This document shows, one piece after another, positions 52,649-60,434 of a stretch of 64,000 nt of DNA; positions within the stretch are counted from its first letter, which is position 1; the number at the start of each line of letters is the position of its first letter. This DNA comes from an uncultured Gammaproteobacteria bacterium (GTDB lineage: Bacteria > Pseudomonadota > Gammaproteobacteria > UBA6002), in the NCBI GenBank assembly GCA_963817645.1, contig CAWFQC010000040.1, positions 4,994-68,993 on the forward strand, in the 5' to 3' direction. Position numbers and translations under genes: made by a program. Below the pieces are notes generated by a model. It ran no database searches and was not told where the DNA came from. It saw nothing but the letters and a program-made list of their open reading frames with translations.

Positions 52649-53583
52649 GGTCTGTCGTCAATTAGCTCCCACACGTCGTCCCACTGCCATTAAGTTAAGC
52701 AATCTGTCCTCCGGTGATGGCTTGATCACGGAATCTAGGGAAGTGCCCCTATCCTGGATCCCGCGAACAAGTCGCGGGACGACGGTGCGACGGTGAAGAG
52801 GAATTATCCTTAACTTAATGGCAGTGCTACGTCCCACTGCCATTAAGTTAAGCAATCTGTCGTGCGGTGATGGCTTGATCATGGAATCTAGGGAAGTGCC
52901 CTTATCCTGGATCCCGCGAACAAGTCGCGGGACGACGGCGAAGAGGAAATGCCCTTAACTTAATGGCAGTGGGACGACGACGAAGAGGAAATGCCCTTAA
53001 CTTAATGGCAGTGCTACGTCGTCCTACTGCCATTAAGTTAAGGGTTTTTTCTTCCCTATGTCGTCCCGCGACTTGTTCGCAGAATCTAGGATATATGCCA
53101 CTTTACTGGATCCCGCGAACAAGTCGCGGGATGACAGCGAAGTCGCGGAACGACAGTGCGACGGTTAAGAGGAATTATCCTTAACTTAATGGCAGTGCTA
53201 CGTCCCACTGCCATTAAGTTAAGGGCATTTCCTCTTCGCCGTCGTCCCGCAACTTCGCTGTCATCCCGCAACTTCGCTGTCATCCCGCGACTTCGCTGTC
53301 ATCCCGCGACTTCGCTGTCATCCCGCGACTTCGCTGTCATCCCGCAACTTCGCTGTCATCCCGCAACTTCGCTGTCATCCCGCGACTTCGCTGTCATCCC
53401 GCGACTTCGCTGTCATCCCGCAACTTCGCTGTCATCCCGCGACTTCGCTGTCATCCCGCGACTTGTTCGCGGGATCCAGGATAGGGGCACTTCCCTAGAT
53501 TCCGCGATCAAGCCATCACCGGACGACAGATTGCTTAACTTAATGGCAGTGCGACGTAGTCGGAGCTAATTGACGACAGGCCC
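52648..53583. repeat. REP/MITE family R, large composite array (capped)
   Basis: It begins GGGTCTGTCGTCAATTAGCTCCC and ends GGAGCTAATTGACGACAGGCCC. It contains at least 6 CACTGCCATTAAGTTAAG modules in both orientations, GGATCCCGCGAACAAGTCGCGGGA hairpins and a 19-bp tandem array. Confidence 0.85.
53241..53449. repeat. 19-bp tandem repeat x11 (GTCATCCCGC[G/A]ACTTCGCT)
   Basis: There are 11 exact-period units from 53241. The G/A position follows the pattern A A G G G A A G G A G. A period of 19 is not a multiple of 3. Confidence 0.9.
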
Positions 53584-53628
53584 TAATTCTTAGTTGTTTT
53601 AGACTGGGAAGGAATGAAAACCTACTCT

Positions 53629-54177
53629 TTATTCACCATCAAAGACTGAATTCCCTAAAACTAGTTTCTTGGATACGAGCTCTCGATTGTTCCAGTTAGC
53701 TTTATACTGCTGCGCTAAATGAGTGTCTGTAATCAAGATAACATTTTCAGCATTACGCTCTTCTGCTGCCTTGGTGAAATTAAATGAACCCGTTATCACC
53801 ACCTTGCTATCTATAATCATCACTTTGCTATGAGCAATAGCTGGTTCAACATCCAACCAAACAGGAAGGTGATAGTCTGTCAATAGCTTGGCAGACGAAA
53901 AGCCACGTTGACGATATTGGCTTTTATCTAAAATTACTTTTACCTCTACCCCCTGTCTATGCGCCTTTATTAAAGCTTTTGCAATGGGAACTGAGGTAAA
54001 CGAGTAGGCCTGTACTAGAACTTGTTTTTTGGCCTGGCCAATAGCAGCCACAATTGAATCGGTGCATCTTTGGGTCGGGGTAAAACAAACTTGATAGGAG
54101 GCATCAGCCTCAAATTTATTTGCTAATACCAAGGGGCTGAAGAAAATTAAAATGGGTAGTATATATTTTGTTTTCAT
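53629..54177 (-). CDS. phospholipase D-family endonuclease (Nuc-like), secreted
   Basis: HKD motif HSKVMIIDSKVVITGSFNFTKAAEERNAEN and signal peptide MKTKYILPILIFFSPLVLA. Confidence 0.85.
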   Translation of the reverse strand: MKTKYILPILIFFSPLVLANKFEADASYQVCFTPTQRCTDSIVAAIGQAKKQVLVQAYSFTSVPIAKALIKAHRQGVEVKVILDKSQYRQRGFSSAKLLTDYHLPVWLDVEPAIAHSKVMIIDSKVVITGSFNFTKAAEERNAENVILITDTHLAQQYKANWNNRELVSKKLVLGNSVFDGE

Positions 54178-54298
54178 TTATTTTTTCTCTATTTGTTATT
54201 TTTTTTATCAATACTTCCATTTTAGCCCATATTCCTAATTTACAGTCTCTTAATTGCTGGTTATAGTACCACAAAACTGTAAAGAAAAGAGAGAATTT

Positions 54299-54748
54299 AT
54301 GTCTAAAGAACCAAGACCCCTTAATAGAATGCCCTGGTTAGTACCTAATTTGACCGTGAAGGATATTGCTTCTGCCGCAGAATTTTACGCCAAAGCCTTT
54401 AATTTCTACTGCAAAGGTACCAGCCTAGGCAATGATAACATTCCGTGGCATGCAGAATTGCAATATAAAGATCAGATTATCATTCTCAGCAAGGAAGGAA
54501 TACCAGGCAAAACAACTTTAACTCCAAAAAACAATGGTACCCCCTCTTCAATGAATTTATATTTTTACTGCGATAATGCCGATACCATTTTCCACCAAAG
54601 CATTTTAGCAGGGGCTGAAGTTAGAAATCCTCCTGCTGACACTCAGTGGGGTGACCGTATCGCTATTGTCTCTGATCTAGACGGATATTACTGGGTTATA
54701 GCCACCTCTTTAGACAAAATAAAATTGAAAAATGTTTCTATTTCATGA
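54299..54748 (+). CDS. VOC/glyoxalase-family protein
   Basis: PWLVPNLTVKDIASAAEFYAKAFNF.. and ..WGDRIAIVSDLDGYYWVIA are typical VOC beta-alpha-beta-beta-beta ends. ATG at 54299 chosen. Confidence 0.7.
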   Translation: MSKEPRPLNRMPWLVPNLTVKDIASAAEFYAKAFNFYCKGTSLGNDNIPWHAELQYKDQIIILSKEGIPGKTTLTPKNNGTPSSMNLYFYCDNADTIFHQSILAGAEVRNPPADTQWGDRIAIVSDLDGYYWVIATSLDKIKLKNVSIS

Positions 54749-54768
54749 ATTATTGACTAAAATAAAGC

Positions 54769-56523
54769 ATGATTCAACTTTGTTTACGTGATATTACCTT
54801 AAGTCATTGCGCCCTTCCCTTAGTGGAAGATGCAAATCTTTATATTGAAGCAGGTGATCGGGTGTGCCTTATTGGCAGGAATGGCGCAGGAAAATCTTCA
54901 TTATTGAAGTTAATTAATGGCCAAATCGAAGCTGATAAAGGGACAGTGGAGAAAGGGAATTTGTTAACTATCTCTCTCTTACCTCAAGACATCCCTACTA
55001 CTCTCCCAGGAACTGTCAATGACATTGTTAAAAAAAACCTAAAGATACTTCCAGGCGAGGATTGGCAAAGTAATTTCCTGGTCGCAAGAATCCTATCTCT
55101 ATTAAATGTCGATGGGGAACTCCTTTACAATCGTTTATCAGGCGGCATGAAAAGGCTAGTGCTGTTAGCAAGTATATTGGTAAATGACCCCGATGTTTTA
55201 ATGCTTGATGAACCAACCAATCACCTGGATATTCAAAGGATCAATCTCCTTGAAACCATGCTATTGAATTTCCGCAAGACTCTCATTTTTATTACTCACG
55301 ACAGACAACTCCTGCAAAAATTAGCAACACATATTGTGGAAATTGACAATGGTAAACTAATCAGTTGGCGAGGAGATTATTCTCATTACTTGCTGCATAA
55401 AGAAACTCTGCTCGCAACAGAAGCTAAAGCCAATACACTATTTGATAAAAAATTAGCTCAAGAAGAGCAATGGATACGCCAGGGCATTAAAGCTCGCCGC
55501 ACTCGTAATGAAGGTCGGGTAAGAGCGCTTAAAAAAATGCGAGAGGAAAGATCACAGCGACGTGTTAGAGCCGACCAGGTAAATCTTACAAATGATAAAA
55601 TAAAACTATCAGGCAAAATGGTATTCGAAGCTAAGGAGGTGTCTTTTGCTTATCAACATCAAACTATCATTAACCATTTTTCAACACTCATCCTAAGAGG
55701 CGATAAGGTAGGTCTAATTGGACCAAACGGGATTGGGAAATCAACATTAGTTAATTTATTGCTCGGTAATATTACACCTACTAAAGGTCAAATAAAGCAT
55801 GGTTCAAATCTCACCATTGGCTATTTCGATCAACATAGGCTCCAATTAGACGATAATAAAACTATTTACGATAATATACTTGAAACTATAGATAATACTG
55901 AAAAGAATATCATCAGTTACTTACAAGACTTTTTATTTTCTCCTGCAAAAGCAAGAACCTTGGTAAAAAATTTATCAGGCGGCGAAAGAAACAGAGTAAT
56001 GCTGGCAAAATTATTCTCAAAGCCTTGCAATGTGTTGGTATTGGACGAACCAACAAACGACTTGGATATTGAGACCTTAGAATTACTTGAGGAAAGATTA
56101 TTGAATTATTCTGGTACTCTACTACTCATTAGCCACGATCGTGCTTTTCTAAATAATGTAGTAACCAATGTCTTAGTCTTTGGGGAAGAAGGAGTAATTG
56201 AAGAATTTGTTGGAGGATATGATGACTGGCTAAAGCAAACTCCAGAGAAAACACAAGATAAGAAGTCAACAAAAGGCAAAAATAAACAGCCAGAAGCTAG
56301 ACCAAAAAAATTAAGCTTCAAAGAGCAAAAAGAACTCTCAGAGATACCGAATAAAATTGAAAATTTAGAAAACAAGCTACAAGAAATAAATTTGATATTA
56401 GCTGATCCAAATTTTTACAAAGATCAAAACCAATCTAGTTCACTACTCCATCAAGAAATAGCCAACATCGAAAATCAACTCTCAGATTGTTATAAACGTT
56501 GGGAAGAACTTGAACAAATTTGA
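54769..56523 (+). CDS. uup: ABC-F family ATPase (Uup-like), two ABC domains plus C-terminal coiled coil
   Basis: GRNGAGKSSLLKL / LSGGMKRLVLLA..LMLDEPTNHLD and GPNGIGKSTLVNL / LSGGERNRVMLA..LVLDEPTNDLD. No TM domain. Confidence 0.9.
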   Translation: MIQLCLRDITLSHCALPLVEDANLYIEAGDRVCLIGRNGAGKSSLLKLINGQIEADKGTVEKGNLLTISLLPQDIPTTLPGTVNDIVKKNLKILPGEDWQSNFLVARILSLLNVDGELLYNRLSGGMKRLVLLASILVNDPDVLMLDEPTNHLDIQRINLLETMLLNFRKTLIFITHDRQLLQKLATHIVEIDNGKLISWRGDYSHYLLHKETLLATEAKANTLFDKKLAQEEQWIRQGIKARRTRNEGRVRALKKMREERSQRRVRADQVNLTNDKIKLSGKMVFEAKEVSFAYQHQTIINHFSTLILRGDKVGLIGPNGIGKSTLVNLLLGNITPTKGQIKHGSNLTIGYFDQHRLQLDDNKTIYDNILETIDNTEKNIISYLQDFLFSPAKARTLVKNLSGGERNRVMLAKLFSKPCNVLVLDEPTNDLDIETLELLEERLLNYSGTLLLISHDRAFLNNVVTNVLVFGEEGVIEEFVGGYDDWLKQTPEKTQDKKSTKGKNKQPEARPKKLSFKEQKELSEIPNKIENLENKLQEINLILADPNFYKDQNQSSSLLHQEIANIENQLSDCYKRWEELEQI

Positions 56524-56554
56524 AGTAGAGGAATAGTGATTCCTCTACTTTTTT
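56523..56554 (+). terminator. rho-independent terminator after uup
   Basis: 10-bp stem AAGTAGAGGA/TCCTCTACTT with an 8-nt loop, running into TTTTTT. Confidence 0.6.
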
Positions 56555-56558
56555 GCGG

Positions 56559-56678
56559 TTATTTAGTAAAGGGTTGCTTACCTTTCTTATCTTCTTGTTG
56601 TTGAGCATCTTGGGCATTACGTGAAGCCCGTTTATTTGGATCGTTAGGTCGACGTTGTTGTTCTTTTTCTGTTGGCAT
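56559..56678 (-). CDS. small hydrophilic basic protein (39 aa)
   Basis: AGGAGG lies 7 nt before the ATG at 56678. Product is MPTEKEQQRRPNDPNKRASRNAQDAQQQEDKKGKQPFTK. Confidence 0.4.
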   Translation of the reverse strand: MPTEKEQQRRPNDPNKRASRNAQDAQQQEDKKGKQPFTK

Positions 56679-56693
56679 AATGTTTCCTCCTGG

Positions 56694-56777
56694 TTAGGAT
56701 TCGTTTTTAAGCAATATTAATATAGTAAACCCCCAAGAGATTGCAAATTCCAACAATAAATTTATTAAAAAGAACAT
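56694..56777 (-). CDS. small hydrophobic peptide (27 aa)
   Basis: AAGGAG lies 5 nt before the ATG at 56777. Product is MFFLINLLLEFAISWGFTILILLKNES. Confidence 0.3.
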   Translation of the reverse strand: MFFLINLLLEFAISWGFTILILLKNES

Positions 56778-56786
56778 TTTTTCTCC

Positions 56787-56939
56787 TTAAAATTTTTCAT
56801 CAAACGAAATTTTATTCGTCAAAACCTCCGCTTTTTTAGGTAGATCTTTTTCGATAAGCTTACGCTTAAATTCTTTTCTCCGATCAGTGTGTAATATAAC
56901 AGTTTTATTTGAATAAGAATGTCTCTTGATTTCCAACAT
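56787..56939 (-). CDS. small protein (50 aa)
   Basis: GGGGAGAG lies 4 nt before the ATG at 56939. Product is MLEIKRHSYSNKTVILHTDRRKEFKRKLIEKDLPKKAEVLTNKISFDEKF. Its stop overlaps the SD of the next small ORF. Confidence 0.35.
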   Translation of the reverse strand: MLEIKRHSYSNKTVILHTDRRKEFKRKLIEKDLPKKAEVLTNKISFDEKF

Positions 56940-57050
56940 ACACTCTCCCCTTTTTTTAGTAAATTCTTTTTTAGTTTAGGTCAAATTGAAAATTATTTAA
57001 AATTCATAACTATCAAGTGCTATAGTTAGTTTTGTGTAAGGAAATTATAT

Positions 57051-58850
57051 ATGGCTGATTTTGAACAGGGCATTTCCCATTTTGTTTGGGATATGAAATA
57101 TAGATATCGGAAGGCCAATAAAATTATTGACCAAACGATAGAAGATACTTGGCGAAGAGTTGCAGATTCAGCAGCAATGGCTGAAAGTCTTGCGCAAAGA
57201 CATTCATGGAAAGAAAAATTTTACCATTTGCTCGAAGATTTTACCTTTTTGCCTGCAGGAAGAATATTAGCCGGAGCAGGTGTTGATAGAAATCTGACTC
57301 TATTTAATTGTTTTGTGATGAAAATAACAAGAGATTCACTTGCAGCTATTTTTGATGCCTTAAAAGAAGGAGCGATTACATTACAAAGAGGAGGCGGCAT
57401 TGGTTATGATTTTTCTGTTATTAGGCCAAATGGCTACAAGTGTAAAAATACGGGATCAATTGCTTCTGGGCCAGTTTCATTTATGCGAGTCTGGGATACC
57501 ATGTCTGCAACTATGCTTTCCCTGGGAGCTCGTAGAGGCGCGATGATGGCTAATCTTCGGTGTGATCATCCCGACATTGGACAATTTATAACGATTAAAT
57601 CCAATCCAAAAGAATTACGACAATTTAATTTGTCAGTCATTGTGACTGATGAATTTATTCAAGCAGTTGTGGAAGACCAAATGTGGCCACTGGTATTTCC
57701 CTCAAAAAATAAAGCCAAAAAAAATAAATACATCTTAAGACGATGGTCAGGCAATGCAAAGCCAATTCCCTGTGAAATAATTAGTCAAATAAGAGCGAGG
57801 GAACTTTGGAATCAAATCCTGCAGGCGGCTTATTCTTATGCTGAACCAGGTGTCATTTTTGAAGACACAATCAATAATTATAATCCTCTTTGGTATTGTG
57901 AATGGATCAGTGCAACCAATCCTTGTGGTGAAATACCACTTCCTGTTTATGGTGCTTGCAATTTAGGTTCATTAAACTTAACACAATTTATTGATAATCC
58001 TTATACATCTAGCTCACGAATAAATTGGACGAAACTAGAAAATGCAACTGAACTAGCAACTCGCTTCTTAGATAATATAATTGATATTTCTCATTATCCA
58101 CTTAAAAAACAGCATCAAGCTTCCATTAACACTCGTCGTATTGGTCTTGGCTTTAGTGGCTTAGCCGATGTCTTTATTATGCTGGGGATTGAATATGGCA
58201 GCGTTGCCTCTTTAAAGTTGACTGAAGAATTTTCCAAAAAAATAGCCTATATAACTTGGGAAGCTTCTTCTAAATTAGCCTTGGAAAAAGGATCTTTTCC
58301 TTTGTTTAATAAGAAACTTTATCTTGAAGGTAATTTTGTTGCAACGTTTCCCCCTGAAATTAAAGCTTATATAAATAAATACGGAATGCGCAACAGTCAT
58401 CACAATGCCATTGCACCTACAGGGAGTATTAGCCTACTTGCTAATAATATATCAGGAGGAATTGAACCTATTTATTCTCCACATTATGAGCGGAAAGTGC
58501 GAAATTTAAAGAGTGAGACATTAACGTTTATGGTTGATGACTTCGCATATGCTCAGTGGAAAAAATTCAACAAAACTGGATTACCACCCTCATGGATAGA
58601 TGTTAAATTATTAAAGCCTATCGATCATTTAAATATTCAAGCTGCAGTTCAGCCTTACATTGACAATGCCATCTCCAAAACAATTAATTTACCCATTGAT
58701 TTTCCTTTTGAAGAATTAACAGATATTTATAAGGTAGCGCATGAAATAGGGCTAAAAGGTTGCACGATTTTTAGGCCAAATGAAATAACAGGAAGTATTT
58801 TAAGCGATGATATTGATCCCTGTTGTAGCCTTGAAACGTGCAGCAAATAA
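57051..58850 (+). CDS. nrdJ: class II (adenosylcobalamin-dependent) ribonucleotide reductase
   Basis: NPCGEIPLPVYGACNLGSLNL active-site block, GGGIGYDFS, and C-terminal CC..C. Confidence 0.9.
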   Translation: MADFEQGISHFVWDMKYRYRKANKIIDQTIEDTWRRVADSAAMAESLAQRHSWKEKFYHLLEDFTFLPAGRILAGAGVDRNLTLFNCFVMKITRDSLAAIFDALKEGAITLQRGGGIGYDFSVIRPNGYKCKNTGSIASGPVSFMRVWDTMSATMLSLGARRGAMMANLRCDHPDIGQFITIKSNPKELRQFNLSVIVTDEFIQAVVEDQMWPLVFPSKNKAKKNKYILRRWSGNAKPIPCEIISQIRARELWNQILQAAYSYAEPGVIFEDTINNYNPLWYCEWISATNPCGEIPLPVYGACNLGSLNLTQFIDNPYTSSSRINWTKLENATELATRFLDNIIDISHYPLKKQHQASINTRRIGLGFSGLADVFIMLGIEYGSVASLKLTEEFSKKIAYITWEASSKLALEKGSFPLFNKKLYLEGNFVATFPPEIKAYINKYGMRNSHHNAIAPTGSISLLANNISGGIEPIYSPHYERKVRNLKSETLTFMVDDFAYAQWKKFNKTGLPPSWIDVKLLKPIDHLNIQAAVQPYIDNAISKTINLPIDFPFEELTDIYKVAHEIGLKGCTIFRPNEITGSILSDDIDPCCSLETCSK

Positions 58851-58880
58851 GGAACATGTTTGAAATAATGTGCAAGAGTT

Positions 58881-59420
58881 CTATCTCTCCCAAAGTAGCT
58901 CTTTAATCTCAAGCTGATTTAATATGTATCTTGCTACAACAAATAACCAATCACTTAAACGATTTAAATAGGGAATTGCAATTTTTTTTTGTTCATCTGT
59001 TAATGCTGCTATTGTGCATTCAGCACGCCTACAAATAGTCCTTGTAATATGCAAACGCGCACAAAGTTCACAACCGCCTGGTAATATAAAGGAATTAAGC
59101 GGCTCAAGTTGTAAATTCATTTCATCCATTTCTTTCTCAAAAGTGGAAACAGCATCAGAGAAAGTGATTTTATTATTCGGATTACAAAGAAATGCGCCTA
59201 AATCAAATAATTCATTTTGAATTTGGTTTAATTTTTTCTTAATATCAGAAAACTCTTGTTCCTTAAATTCAATAATTGTCCAACCAATAAAAGAATTAAG
59301 TTCATCAAGCATTCCTAAAGCTTCAATTAGGTTTGAATTCTTGGGCAAACGAGCTGCGCCTAAGATTGAAGTGCTTCCATCATCTCCTTTGCGGGTATAA
59401 ACCCTAGTGATTCTTACCAT
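58881..59420 (-). CDS. PduO-type ATP:cob(I)alamin adenosyltransferase
   Basis: MVRITRVYTRKGDDGSTSILG.. matches the N-terminal signature. About 180 aa. Confidence 0.9.
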   Translation of the reverse strand: MVRITRVYTRKGDDGSTSILGAARLPKNSNLIEALGMLDELNSFIGWTIIEFKEQEFSDIKKKLNQIQNELFDLGAFLCNPNNKITFSDAVSTFEKEMDEMNLQLEPLNSFILPGGCELCARLHITRTICRRAECTIAALTDEQKKIAIPYLNRLSDWLFVVARYILNQLEIKELLWER

Positions 59421-59457
59421 AAATACTTCTCAAGAATTTTTATTTATCATACACCCT

Positions 59458-60291
59458 GTACGTCGTGACACTGCCATTAAGTTAAGCAATCTGTCGTCCG
59501 GTGATGGCTTGATCACGGAATCTAGGGAAGTGCCCCTATCCTGGATCCCGCGAACAAGTCGCGGGACGACGGCGAAGTTGCGGGACGACGGCGAGGAGGA
59601 AATGCCCTTAACTTAATGGCAGTGGTACGTCGTGACACTGCCATAAGTTAAGGGTCTTTTCTTCCCTATGTCGTCCCGTGACTTGTTCGCAGAATCTAGG
59701 ATATATGCCACTTTACTGGATCCCGCGAACAAGTCGCGGGACGACGGTAGGAGGAATTATCCTTAACTTAATGGCAGTGGTACGTCGTGACACTGCCATT
59801 AAGTTAAGGGTTTTCTTCTCCCCTATGTTGTCCCGTGACTTGTTCGCAGAATCTAGGATATATGCCACTTTACTGGATCCCGCGAACAAGTCGCGGGACG
59901 ACGGTGAGGAAGAATTATCCTTAACTTAATGGCAGTGGGTACGTCGTGACACTGCCATTAAGTTAAGGGTTTTTTCTCCCCTACGTCGTCCTGTGACTTG
60001 TTCGCAGAATCTAGGATATATGCCACTTTACTGGATCCCGCGAACAAGTCGCGGGACGACGGTGAGGAAGAATTATCCTTAACTTAATGGCAGTGGTACG
60101 TCGTGACACTGCCATAAGTTAAGGGCATTTCCTCTTCGCCGTCGTCCCGCAACTTCGCCGTCGTCTCGCAACTTCGCCGTCGTCCCGCGACTTGTTCGCG
60201 GGATCCAGGATAGGGGCACTTCCCTAGATTCCGTAATCAAACTATCACCGGACGACAGATTGCTTAACTTAATAGCCGTGGTACGTCGTGA
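59458..60291. repeat. REP/MITE family R array: three approx. 157-bp tandem palindromic units between inverted terminal arms (no caps)
   Basis: CACTGCCAT(T)AAGTTAAG starts at 59469, 59636, 59791, 59950 and 60107 (spacings 155/159/157 between the last four). Each unit carries GGATCCCGCGAACAAGTCGCGGGACGACGG. Confidence 0.85.
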
Positions 60292-60434
60292 AGGAAACAC
60301 GCGCATAGTATATGAGTCGTTAACTTTTTTCTTAATTTTTAATTAAAGGGCAACTATAGTTAAAAACAAGGACTATTAATTATAATCCCGTATGTTAGCA
60401 TGTAAAACACTAAATATTTGGTAGAAGAAGAAAA

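Noticed and set aside
52658-53569. Track ORFs 52658..52882, 52963..53184, 53086..53283 and 53156..53569 (the last has repetitive RLRCHPATSLSSRDFAVIP).
   Set aside because: They lie entirely inside the palindromic REP array. The repetitive peptide comes from a 19-bp (non-triplet) tandem repeat, and mirror ORFs exist on both strands. They are not coding.
56950-57050. Cobalamin riboswitch or NrdR box upstream of nrdJ.
   Set aside because: The leader is only about 100 nt and AT-rich, with no B12-box-like GC core. The AACTAT-N8-ATAGTT inverted repeat has the wrong spacing for the 16-bp NrdR palindrome as I recall it.
59407-60306. Track ORFs 59407..59616, 59678..59929 and 60079..60306, and the idea that the regular repeats are a CRISPR array.
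   Set aside because: The ORFs are translations of REP units. The would-be spacers are identical from unit to unit and are themselves palindromic. No cas genes are nearby.
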